A stretch of DNA of 64,000 nucleotides. Origin: Nitrospinales bacterium. GTDB taxonomy: Bacteria > Nitrospinota > Nitrospinia > Nitrospinales > VA-1. The notes beneath the pieces were generated by a model. The model was not told the DNA's origin. It was given only the letters and a program-made list of their open reading frames with translations, and ran no database searches. Below are positions 1-9,086 of this stretch, in pieces. Made by a program: the position numbers and the translations under genes. The DNA is taken from positions 1,408,001 through 1,472,000 of the forward strand of contig OZ253496.1 in the NCBI GenBank assembly GCA_965262115.1. Direction: 5' to 3'. Position 1 is the first letter of the stretch; every line of letters starts with the position of its first letter.

Positions 1-2462
1 TTAGACTCCGTATACATCTCCCAGAAGGGAGACCGAGGATAGGTTCTGAACAGCAACAGACATGCACCCGGCTCACCATACTTGCCGTTGATGATATCGT
101 CGATGTTGTAACCCATACCCGTTGTAGACGTCGTGAACAACCGACGAATCATAGCCTTGGTGCGATTCGGCGCTTTGCCTTCATAGACCTTCATATGATC
201 CATAAAACGCTTATCACCTGTTACCTCAGCCATCCGCCGAGAGAACTCACGATGCATCAAGTTATCATCGATAGTATCGAAGATAGGTTTGATTCCCGTG
301 CCGCCCCAAATCTGATGAAACGGATTCGAACATGCAGAAGTGATTTCATAACTTTCAAACTCGGCCCATGAGTTCGGAGCCAATACGATGTCACTGTATT
401 CGCAGGAACCTGTGAACTCGATGTCCTGAGCTACGATCATGTCTACGTTGTTGTTGGTGTTGAACACCAGCTCGTAGAACCACTTAGCATTATTTATAAC
501 ATTAACGTTAACAAACCAACACAGCTTGGTAGGCGTAGGCATATGCGTACGTCCCGTAAATACTTTCCGGCCATAGCGCGGGGTATTTACGATCAGCGCT
601 TTATCACGATGCGCCCAGTAGCTGACTTCCTCACCTTTCAGGTAACCCTTAACATTCTTCCAGTCAATATTCTTGGAAGGGTCCATGACTATGTTGAAAG
701 GATCTTCCGCAACCATGGCCGCGAAGCCAGGTCCAGACCAATGCGAACCCTGGTAGTTACCAGCCTTGTAGTTACCAGCCCAAGTATGGGAACCGGAACC
801 TTTAGGACCGACGTTACCTGTCAGCATCAGAGGAACATAAGACGCACGGTTGTGCATCGTTGCGTGGAAGTAATGGTTGATTCCTTCACCGTAATGGATT
901 TCAACAGGTTTGATCGTACCAATGTCGCGAGCCAAGCGGACGATTAAGTCCTTCGGAGCATGACAAATCTGGTTGACCGTATCAATGTCGTAATCCTTCA
1001 GATTAACTTTATACATCTCATAAAGAGGCATGACCGTGATGGTTTTGCCGCTTACAAGTTTAATGTCAAAAACACCGTCCAATACAGGATCGATATTTTT
1101 CTTTCTCATCTTGGCGCCGATGTCTTCGCGCGTGATGGCGACCGGCTTATCCGTATTGGCATCCCATACGGTGTAGTCAGGCATCATGTCACGGTTGAAG
1201 TTCTTCATCCACTTAGTGGTGAAGCCGTCTTTCGGCAAAGACTGAGCCTTGTAGCCCGGAATGAAATCATCCGGATGCAAGCGGATCAGCGTATCCGTAC
1301 GAACCAACAGAGGCATATCTGTGTAGTCCTTTACGTAATCGATGTCCACAAGACCTTCGTCCATGATAATTTTGGCAACGCCCAAGAAAAGGGCGATGTC
1401 AGATAGACCTGCACGAACCGGTACCCAGTAATCCGCTTTAGTTGCAGGCGGATTGTACTCAGGAGCGATTGCAACCAGCGTACCACCACGCTCCATGATT
1501 TCTGTGTACCAATGCGCTTCAGGCATTTTGTTCTCAATCAGGTTCTTACCCCACTGAATCGTCATCTTCGCATACCGATGGTCAGCGAAGTCGATATCAG
1601 AGGTCTGCATTCCATGTGTCCAGGAATGACCAGGAGCCTGATCACCATGCCAAGTGTAGTTAGACCATGCACGTCCACCCAACACTTTACCAGGGCCACG
1701 ACCACGAATGATTGAATCCAACAGAGCAACCTGGTTAGCAAGACGATATACACCGTACTTACCAACTACACCAAGAAGACCCATACCGCCGCGATACTTA
1801 AAAGTACGTGGACCGGATCCGCTCATGGCTTCGATCATTTCAGGCTGATAGCCTTCATTCTTCAGACGCTGCGCACCACGAGCTCCACTGTAGGCCTTAG
1901 CGACCGCAATGTGACCCTTTGCGAGGTACGTAAAAGTCTGATCCCAGGTCATACGAACAAATTCGTCCGTGCCCCGGCTTGTCATCTTATACTTTTCACG
2001 ATTTTCCTTGTCCAGATAAGGAAATCCATCATCCGCCCACTGCTTCCAGCCAACACGAATCATCGGATATTTATTCCGATACGGGCCGTAAGCACGACGG
2101 GGATACGTCATACCACGCAGACACATGCGAGGATTCCACGCAGCGTCAGCTTGGTTACCATACAGATCGCGAACTTTGTGATGATCGTAGTTCTGCTCGA
2201 TACGCATCAAGATGCCGTTACGTACGAATCCACGTACGCGACACTGATGGGTGTCGTTCGGAGAACAACAATACGTGAAAGAACGCTCATACTTATACTG
2301 GTCACGGTAGACTTCTTCCCACCGTCTGTCAGGATAAGCTTCCAGCGGATTCCCGACTTTCACTACGGGTTTCAGCTGAGCTCCAACCCTCTTGCTCGTC
2401 AATGCCATAGCTGTCGCTACACCAGCACTTACCTGCAAGAACTTACGTCTGTTTAATCTCAT
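1..2462 (-). CDS. nxrA: Nitrite oxidoreductase alpha subunit, periplasmic Nitrospina/Nitrospira type (DMSO reductase type II Mo-bisPGD enzyme); 3' end outside window
   Basis: Hand translation from ATG at 2462 gives MRLNRRKFLQVSAGVATAMALTSKRVGAQLKPVVKVGNPLEAYPDRRWEEVYRDQYKYERSFTYCCSPNDTHQCRVRGFVRNG. This has a Tat motif (RRKFL), an FS0 Fe-S motif CxxxDxxxC, and an RBS GGAGG upstream. Confidence 0.93.
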   Translation of the reverse strand, partial: MRLNRRKFLQVSAGVATAMALTSKRVGAQLKPVVKVGNPLEAYPDRRWEEVYRDQYKYERSFTYCCSPNDTHQCRVRGFVRNGILMRIEQNYDHHKVRDLYGNQADAAWNPRMCLRGMTYPRRAYGPYRNKYPMIRVGWKQWADDGFPYLDKENREKYKMTSRGTDEFVRMTWDQTFTYLAKGHIAVAKAYSGARGAQRLKNEGYQPEMIEAMSGSGPRTFKYRGGMGLLGVVGKYGVYRLANQVALLDSIIRGRGPGKVLGGRAWSNYTWHGDQAPGHSWTHGMQTSDIDFADHRYAKMTIQWGKNLIENKMPEAHWYTEIMERGGTLVAIAPEYNPPATKADYWVPVRAGLSDIALFLGVAKIIMDEGLVDIDYVKDYTDMPLLVRTDTLIRLHPDDFIPGYKAQSLPKDGFTTKWMKNFNRDMMPDYTVWDANTDKPVAITREDIGAKMRKKNIDPVLDGVFDIKLVSGKTITVMPLYEMYKVNLKDYDIDTVNQICHAPKDLIVRLARDIGTIKPVEIHYGEGINHYFHATMHNRASYVPLMLTGNVGPKGSGSHTWAGNYKAGNYQGSHWSGPGFAAMVAEDPFNIVMDPSKNIDWKNVKGYLKGEEVSYWAHRDKALIVNTPRYGRKVFTGRTHMPTPTKLCWFVNVNVINNAKWFYELVFNTNNNVDMIVAQDIEFTGSCEYSDIVLAPNSWAEFESYEITSACSNPFHQIWGGTGIKPIFDTIDDNLMHREFSRRMAEVTGDKRFMDHMKVYEGKAPNRTKAMIRRLFTTSTTGMGYNIDDIINGKYGEPGACLLLFRTYPRSPFWEMYTES

Positions 2463-2796
2463 AGAACCTCCTTGTGAATCTTGGTAATTGCGGACCCGGC
2501 TTATCCGAACCCAATTACAACTGTTTCACTACTACACTTCTACTAACTTCTTCGGAGCCTCCCAGCCTCGCGACTTTTCACCTCCAACTAACCTACTACT
2601 CGTACCACTTTGCTAAACTTTAAAACCCTTACTCAACTCTAAAACAAACACACAACAACCTAACAAAACAAAAATAGCTAACGCGCTAAAACCCGCGCCA
2701 AATGGCATCACAACAGGCACAAAGACTGAGAAAAAAATAAACGTCCCTAATAAAAACTTCTCCGCAACAACGTGGATATCAAGGGGCAAATCGTGC

Positions 2797-2911
2797 TTTT
2801 AAATCTCATATTTTGCCCTGTATTTCGAATCAAACTTTCTGCCCTTTTTCCAGATGAGGCTATGTTATATGAGTTTTCCAGCATAATGTCAAGAAAATAT
2901 GAGATTTAAAA
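2797..2911. repeat. Perfect 18-bp inverted repeat bracketing the nxrA promoter
   Basis: TTTTAAATCTCATATTTT (2797-2814) and AAAATATGAGATTTAAAA (2894-2911). Confidence 0.85.
2864..2892 (-). promoter_or_regulatory. Candidate sigma70 promoter for nxrA
   Basis: Minus strand TTGACA (2892-2887), 17 bp, TATAAC (2869-2864), pointing toward nxrA. Confidence 0.65.
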
Positions 2912-3186
2912 AAAGAAAAAATAGCGGGTAAAATCACCAGAAGTACCCCCATAAATATGGCCCCTGAAAACAAGATTTTCACGTAATTTTTGCAAAAAAA
3001 TAAAAAAATTTACAATCTTAGAAAGCCCTTATATTTAAAGGAGTTTTGCCGATTATCTCCCGCCTGATAATTTACAGTTAATTTCCCTATAACTGGCAAC
3101 AACCACCGAAATTTCAAAAATTTGTAAAATTTCAGGACAATATGAAAAAAAATCCATTTTTTTGCCCGATATTGCCCTCAAAAAAG

Positions 3187-3367
3187 GAAACCTTTGCATA
3201 ACCTGAGATTCTCATTGATCCTCCCCTCTCATGAGGGGAGGCAAGGCGTAGCCGCGGAGGGGTGTGGATTATTTTTACGGAATTCATAATCCAACCCTCC
3301 CCTGGCCCCTCCCTATGAAGGGAGGGGAAATTTCTGCTTCCGCATTTTCTACTTACGCAAAGGTCTC
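3187..3367 (+). mobile_element. MITE-like palindromic repeat with 15-bp terminal inverted repeats
   Basis: Ends GAAACCTTTGCATAA / TTACGCAAAGGTCTC. The hairpin core (CCTCCCCTCTCATGAGGGGAGG...CCCTCCCTATGAAGGGAGGGG) recurs near 19377, 26778, 31099 and 36928. Confidence 0.7.
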
Positions 3368-3428
3368 CCTCGGAGGGGAGAGGAACTTAATAGTTGAGGA
3401 GTACATCCACCTACGGAAAAATATAACA

Positions 3429-3687
3429 TGATCTTCCCCTGAATTGGTGGACACATCGAAAAGTGTGGATAATACACTTTTGGAGGTGTTTTTATGGGAA
3501 CCAAACGCAGGAGTTTCAGTAAAGAATTCAAGTTAGAAGCGGTTCGATTGGTTATTGAAGTAGGCGATAGCATTGCCCGGGTGTCCCGGGATCTGGGAAT
3601 CCGTTCTGCCCTTCTGGGTCGCTGGAAACAGGAGTATGAGGAGGATCAGGGGAATGCGTTTCCCGGCAAAGGACAGCTTAAGCCGGG
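3429..3687 (+). mobile_element. IS3-family left-end fragment (IRL plus truncated orfA)
   Basis: IRL TGATCTTCCCCTGAATTGGTGGACAC; orfA MGTKRRSFSKEFKLEAVRL; identical to 54089-54347. Confidence 0.9.
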
Positions 3688-3767
3688 CTGGCCCAAAAAC
3701 CGTTCTTTAAAAATTTGCCAAATTTTATTTTGGCGATATAATCCTGCTTTTTCCTCAAGGCTTACTT

Positions 3768-4250
3768 ATGAAAAAGAATCGTATCGCTCTTTATCCGGGA
3801 ACTTTTGATCCGGTCACTTTTGGCCACATCGATATTATGCGCCGGGCCATGAAACTCTTTGACCGACTCATCGTTGCCGTTGCGCTCAACCCAAAAAAGA
3901 ATCCTGCGTTTTCTCTGGATAGTCGGGTCAGGTTTATTAGAAACGCCACAAAAAAATTCAGCAAGATTGAAGTCGTCTCCTTTGATAATCTGCTCATCTC
4001 GCTGGCGCATTCTAAAAAAGCTTCTGTAGTGATAAAAGGACTGCGGGCCATCAGTGATTTTGAATTTGAACTGCAGATGGGACTGATGAACCGGGCACTC
4101 GACGAGTCCGTCGAAACTTTATTTATGATTCCCAGCCAGGAATATTCTTTCCTGAGTTCCAATCTGGTTAAGGAGATCGCACGGCACGAGGGCGATGTCA
4201 CAAAACTTGTGCCTCGCGATGTGATCAAGGAGTTGAAAAAAATTATCTGA
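3768..4250 (+). CDS. coaD: Phosphopantetheine adenylyltransferase
   Basis: YPGTFDPVTFGH, KGLRAISDFEFE, SSNLVKEIA motifs. Confidence 0.97.
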   Translation: MKKNRIALYPGTFDPVTFGHIDIMRRAMKLFDRLIVAVALNPKKNPAFSLDSRVRFIRNATKKFSKIEVVSFDNLLISLAHSKKASVVIKGLRAISDFEFELQMGLMNRALDESVETLFMIPSQEYSFLSSNLVKEIARHEGDVTKLVPRDVIKELKKII

Positions 4251-5446
4251 TGAAATTTTCCGAACGTATTCAAAATGTAAATCCATCCATGACATTGGCC
4301 ATCGATGCCAAAGCCCGGGAAATGCAAGCCCGGGGCGAGGATGTCATCGGTTTCGGGGCTGGCGAACCCGATTTTAATACCCCGGAGCACATCAAGCAGG
4401 CCGGCATCCGGGCGATAGAAAATAACGAAACCCGTTACACCTCGGTCGGTGGCAGTGATATTCTAAAAGAAGCCATCATCACAAAACTGCAACACGACAA
4501 CGGACTGGTCTATGAAAAAAACCAGATTCTCGCTTCCTGTGGAGCCAAGCATTCCTTTTACAACCTGGCCCAGGTGCTTTGGCAGGCAGGAGATGAAGTC
4601 ATCATCCCGGCACCTTACTGGGTCTCGTTTCCCGACATAGTGATCCTGTCGGGAGCCCGCCCCCTCATCGTCCACACCGGGCAGGATTTCAAAATCACCG
4701 CCGAACAAATTGAAAATTCCGTCACTCCTAACACCAGAGCCATCGTGCTCAATTCGCCTTCCAATCCGACCGGCTCCGCCTACAACAAAGATGAACTGGA
4801 AAAACTGGCCGAGTGCGCGTTAAAGCACAAGCTGTTGATCCTCTCAGATGAAATTTATGAGCAGATCGTGTTCGATGGATTCCAACACATAAGCATTGCC
4901 TCTTTAAGCAAGGAAGTGCAAAAACAATGTGTGGTGATTAATGGGGTTTCTAAAAGCTACGCCATGACAGGCTGGAGGATCGGCTATATCGCGGTGGGAG
5001 ATCCCGAGATTGTCAAACAGGTCGCCAAACTGCAGGGACAAAGCACGTCCAATCCCTGCTCGGTATCGCAGGCGGCCAGCATCGAAGCCCTGAACGGTCC
5101 GCTCGACAAAATTTATGCCATGGTGGATGAATTTGAAAAACGCCGGGACATCCTCGTCAATCTCTTAAACCAGATTGACGGGGTCACCTGCAAAAAACCA
5201 CACGGCTCGTTCTACACCTTTCCGGATTTTTCCGGCGTCTATGGCAAAAAGGATATGAATGGGAAAGCGCTGGAGGGGTCGTTGGATTTTACCGATTATC
5301 TGCTATCGACCGAGAAGGTTGCCATCGTGCCCGGAATTGCGTTCGGAGCCGATAACCACGCACGTTTGTCTTTTGCCACATCGCTGGAAAACATTGAGGC
5401 GGGTGTCCAACGAATAAAAAATGCCATTTCCAAACTCCACCACTAA
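4250..5446 (+). CDS. aspC: Aspartate aminotransferase (class I/II PLP-dependent)
   Basis: GAGEPDF, NSPSNPTG, SDEIY, SKSYAMTGWRIG. Confidence 0.9.
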   Translation: MKFSERIQNVNPSMTLAIDAKAREMQARGEDVIGFGAGEPDFNTPEHIKQAGIRAIENNETRYTSVGGSDILKEAIITKLQHDNGLVYEKNQILASCGAKHSFYNLAQVLWQAGDEVIIPAPYWVSFPDIVILSGARPLIVHTGQDFKITAEQIENSVTPNTRAIVLNSPSNPTGSAYNKDELEKLAECALKHKLLILSDEIYEQIVFDGFQHISIASLSKEVQKQCVVINGVSKSYAMTGWRIGYIAVGDPEIVKQVAKLQGQSTSNPCSVSQAASIEALNGPLDKIYAMVDEFEKRRDILVNLLNQIDGVTCKKPHGSFYTFPDFSGVYGKKDMNGKALEGSLDFTDYLLSTEKVAIVPGIAFGADNHARLSFATSLENIEAGVQRIKNAISKLHH

Positions 5447-5570
5447 GCGTGGGGCCAAGTAGCTGTGATACCCTCTTCCACAAACTTCATGTCCCGCAGG
5501 GGTAAATGGCTTTATTGGGCTGGAAAAGATTTGTCTCGGCTTATAAGAGGTTTGCCCCCTCTTTTTAAAG

Positions 5571-5963
5571 TACCCGTGCCGGGCATGAATGCAATTGAAG
5601 AGATATCACAAGGGTCGGGGTGATTTGCAGGGGTCTGCATTGCCCATCATTGTGAGGAACCAACGGTCTAGATGGCCGCGCTCCTTTTACCCCTTCTACC
5701 CGTTCCGGGCATGAATTTAGCGAAGAGGATATCACAGGCTCATGAAGGCAAATGAAGAATTTCACACAGTCGCTCGCGATGACGACCAGATGGGGTAACT
5801 CACATGCTGAGCTAGTCGAAAGCTCGAAGGCCCCTGCTATTTCCCTCCTGCGGAAGTGAACGGCTTGACGGATTCTTGCACTATATACCCCTCCTACCCC
5901 TGCGGGGCATGAAACAAGTGAAGAAATATCACAGGCTCACGAAAGCTAAGGAATAATATCACG
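5571..5963 (+). repeat. Cluster of TACCC...ATCAC micro-elements (5571-5610, 5697-5766, 5895-5963) nested in other palindromic repeats
   Basis: For example TACCCGTGCCGGGCATGAATGCAATTGAAGAGATATCACA. Confidence 0.8.
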
Positions 5964-5987
5964 CCCACCTACGAGAGTGGGAAAGGG

Positions 5988-6245
5988 TCAGCAGGCCGGA
6001 CCGCTGGATGCTTCAGACTCAACAGCGTCTTCTTTCAAGCTATCTTTATGGCCCTTGATTCGTGCTTCGATATTTGAACGGCAGCGTTTGGCCCTACAAT
6101 TGCCCGTTCCCACACCGATTTTTCTTCTCAAACCTTCAAAGGTCAAGGTCCCTTCCCGAATAGCGGTCATAATTGTTCCCGCCTTGATGCTTCGGCACAG
6201 GCAAACCTTTTTGAGATTATCTAAAAATTGTTTTTTTGCTTCCAA
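5988..6245 (-). CDS. BFD-like [2Fe-2S]-binding protein
   Basis: CLC...GTGNCRAKRC pattern. Confidence 0.8.
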   Translation of the reverse strand: MEAKKQFLDNLKKVCLCRSIKAGTIMTAIREGTLTFEGLRRKIGVGTGNCRAKRCRSNIEARIKGHKDSLKEDAVESEASSGPAC

Positions 6246-6418
6246 AATATATTAGGTTCCGGCTATGATCCTTACGCCAGATTGTATTTTTTTTAAAGAT
6301 AGTATTTTAAGGGCACCAAAATTTAAAACCGCTTTGTGGAGCTACCCTTAAAGTTTCGATTTAACAAAACCTGAACATCCATTCTGAACCTTATCTTCCA
6401 CCCTAATATAAACCAGCA

Positions 6419-7948
6419 TTGGTGAAAAACCTAATTCTTAAAGAACCGCGCCCACTTCTACTCTCCGCTTTGAGCGGGATTCTTCTGGTGTTGATCTTCC
6501 CGCGTTTTAATTTTGAAGTTCTTGCCTGGTTCGCCTTTATCCCTCTTTTTTCAGCGATTGAGACCAAAACCCCTCAACGTTCCGCGTTGTTGGGATTCAT
6601 CACCGGCATGGTTTTTTATGCCTGGGGTTTGAGCTGGGTCAACAACACTCTCATCAACTACGGCAACCTTCCCCAAATCGTGAGTTTCATGGTTTTAGGG
6701 CTTTTAGCCGCCTATCTCTCTTTCTATACGGCACTCTTTTGCTATCTGATAAGGAGGGTCTGCAAAGATAATCGGGGACTGCTTTTCCTGTTCGCGCCGG
6801 TTCTGTGGACATCTTTCGAGTACCTCCGCTCGACCCACTCCGAATACGGGTTTTCCTGGTTAGGACTTGGCTATTCCCAATTCCAAACCCTGCCGGTCAT
6901 TCAGATGGCCGAGATCACCGGTGTGTATGGCATCTCGTGGCTCATCATGCTGGTCAATGTCGGACTCTATCTGGCCTGGAAGTCATGGGGCAATATGGGA
7001 GCACGGTTTTTATCGGTCACGATTCTTGTTCTGGCGCTATGGGTAGGGTTAGGCATCATTGCCCTGAACCGCGCGGTCAATGGCCCCAGCCTGACGGTGG
7101 GATTGATTCAAGGCAATGTCGAGCAGGCCATGAAATGGAATCCGGTTTACCAGAAGGTGGTCATGGCCAAATACCGAGACCTGACTCTCAAGGCGGCGCA
7201 ATCAAATCCGCAATTGATCGTATGGCCGGAAACCGCCACACCTTTTTTCTACTCCCAGCACGCACCCGGCACCCAGTTTGTGAACGACCTGGCGCGGCAA
7301 ACCGAAATCCCCATTCTATTCGGCAGTCCCTACAAAGAAAACAGCATCCACTACAACAGCGCCTACCTGGTAACTGAATCAGGTGTCCCGCAAAACCGTT
7401 ACGACAAAATCCATCTGGTTCCTTTTGGCGAGTTCGTTCCCTTCCGGAAAATATTATTCTTCGTGGAAAAAATGGTGGAGATGATCGGCAACTTCGGCCG
7501 CGGTGAGGAAGCGATAGTGTTCGATGTGGCAGGACACAAGGCCGGGGTCTCAATCTGTTATGAAATAATCTTCCCCGACCTGATACGGCAGGCGGTTAAA
7601 AATGGCGCCGATTTTTTAATCAATATCACCAACGATGCCTGGTTTGGCAAAAGTGCGGCGAGCTACCAGCATATGAGCATGGGAGCACTAAGGGCGGTGG
7701 AAAACCGCATCCCCATCGTGCGTGCGGCGAATACCGGGATCTCCGGAGCCATCACGGCTAGCGGCGCCCTTCAAGATGAAACAGAACTTTTTGTCGAAGC
7801 CGCCAAGATCACCAAAATCACCCCGCGCCAAGGCAGACTCACCTTCTACAGCACCTATGGCGATGTGTTCAGCTGGCTGTGCCTGGGGCTGACCTTTCTT
7901 CTGCCATTTTTGCAAAGAAAAGAACTGACCGGTAATCACTCGCAGTGA
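6419..7948 (+). CDS. lnt: Apolipoprotein N-acyltransferase
   Basis: N-terminal TM segments, WPETA, YDKIHLVPFGE, ICYEI, TNDAWFG, RAANTGIS. Confidence 0.96.
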   Translation: MVKNLILKEPRPLLLSALSGILLVLIFPRFNFEVLAWFAFIPLFSAIETKTPQRSALLGFITGMVFYAWGLSWVNNTLINYGNLPQIVSFMVLGLLAAYLSFYTALFCYLIRRVCKDNRGLLFLFAPVLWTSFEYLRSTHSEYGFSWLGLGYSQFQTLPVIQMAEITGVYGISWLIMLVNVGLYLAWKSWGNMGARFLSVTILVLALWVGLGIIALNRAVNGPSLTVGLIQGNVEQAMKWNPVYQKVVMAKYRDLTLKAAQSNPQLIVWPETATPFFYSQHAPGTQFVNDLARQTEIPILFGSPYKENSIHYNSAYLVTESGVPQNRYDKIHLVPFGEFVPFRKILFFVEKMVEMIGNFGRGEEAIVFDVAGHKAGVSICYEIIFPDLIRQAVKNGADFLINITNDAWFGKSAASYQHMSMGALRAVENRIPIVRAANTGISGAITASGALQDETELFVEAAKITKITPRQGRLTFYSTYGDVFSWLCLGLTFLLPFLQRKELTGNHSQ

Positions 7949-7992
7949 AAAACCCTAGAAGTCAATCACCCCAACCCTATTCGAAAAGGGTA

Positions 7993-8358
7993 TTAACTAT
8001 CATTCAGGTAAGCTTGTACTAGAGCTTGGAGTTTCTGAGGGGTTTCTTCTGAATCTAATGCGCCTTGCTGTATTCTCTTCAAAAGCCCATCTGAAACATA
8101 ACCAACAACAAAATCACCTTTCAATACCCGGTCTAATGTTTGCTCTGGGTAGGCATGACCTTCTGCGTAATAAATGACTGATTTATGTTTAATAAAGTCA
8201 TGCTCTCCTGCTTCAATTATGCATGCTTTGTCAGAATCATCTTTGTAGGTAGTAACATTAAAACATACTACATCCTTATTCGCACTTTTAGAAACAACTA
8301 CCCATAAATGACTAAGTCTATCACCAGAAAGACTCCGAAAAGTTTGTCCCACATCCAT
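7993..8358 (-). CDS. Hypothetical protein, putative toxin partner of the Panacea antitoxin
   Basis: TAATG overlap with the upstream DUF4065-like gene; low GC. Confidence 0.55.
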   Translation of the reverse strand: MDVGQTFRSLSGDRLSHLWVVVSKSANKDVVCFNVTTYKDDSDKACIIEAGEHDFIKHKSVIYYAEGHAYPEQTLDRVLKGDFVVGYVSDGLLKRIQQGALDSEETPQKLQALVQAYLNDS

Positions 8359-8909
8359 TATTTTTTCATGCAATATTCAAAGTTGAATATTTCTTCAGCT
8401 TCTTCGGACATACGATCTATAGTCTCTTGAGAAACACCTTCGGCCTTTAAAATTTCTTCAGGATTAATCACGCGACTCGACCCCCCAGGATATCTCCACT
8501 CCGGCAAATCATGAGTTAACGTAATTAGGTCATGTCGGCTCTTATGCCCATGCTCTGTAAATATCTTTTCTAAAACCTTAAGCTCATACTTAGATAACTC
8601 GTCTGTTTCTGGATTCTCTTTGGCTAAAGACACATTATAATTATCCGCTTCTGTCACGTATTCATACCAGTCTTTAGTTTCTTCTGATATTTCACCCTGA
8701 AATCTATTCAAAATTACAGAAAGGATGGGTCCTTGCCTCATAGAGTACATAGTATCTCTAGTAATAGGTCGGCCCTTTTCTATTAAAGATTGTCTGTCTG
8801 CCAAATAAAGTAATTTCAATAGGGCTTGGTAATTAAATACCCCGCCTTTTTTTTGAATGAACCAAGCCGTTGTTTGAGCCGCCTTTCTTTCATTGAATGT
8901 AAAATGCAT
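8358..8909 (-). CDS. Panacea (DUF4065/SocA/GepA-like) antitoxin
   Basis: LLKLLYLADR...GRPIT...GP...LTHDLPEW signature. Confidence 0.8.
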   Translation of the reverse strand: MHFTFNERKAAQTTAWFIQKKGGVFNYQALLKLLYLADRQSLIEKGRPITRDTMYSMRQGPILSVILNRFQGEISEETKDWYEYVTEADNYNVSLAKENPETDELSKYELKVLEKIFTEHGHKSRHDLITLTHDLPEWRYPGGSSRVINPEEILKAEGVSQETIDRMSEEAEEIFNFEYCMKK

Positions 8910-9086
8910 AATGCTCTTCCTAAAAGTGATTACTCTAAATACATTTTAGCTATTTTTCCCATTTAATTGCAAATCCCCATTTCAATATTTTTACACAACC
9001 CAAAACCCCTCAGACGCAAGCCCTAGTAAATCTTTTTTAATTCTGTAATTATCTCTTAATTGCATCAAATATTTTAGGATAATCAG

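Noticed and set aside
543..2456. Plus-strand ORFs of 67-181 aa
   Set aside because: Antisense shadows of the codon-biased nxrA gene.
2685..2700. Possible sigma54 promoter TGGCGCGGGTTTTAGC for nxrA
   Set aside because: The GG to GC spacing is one base too long for the -24/-12 consensus.
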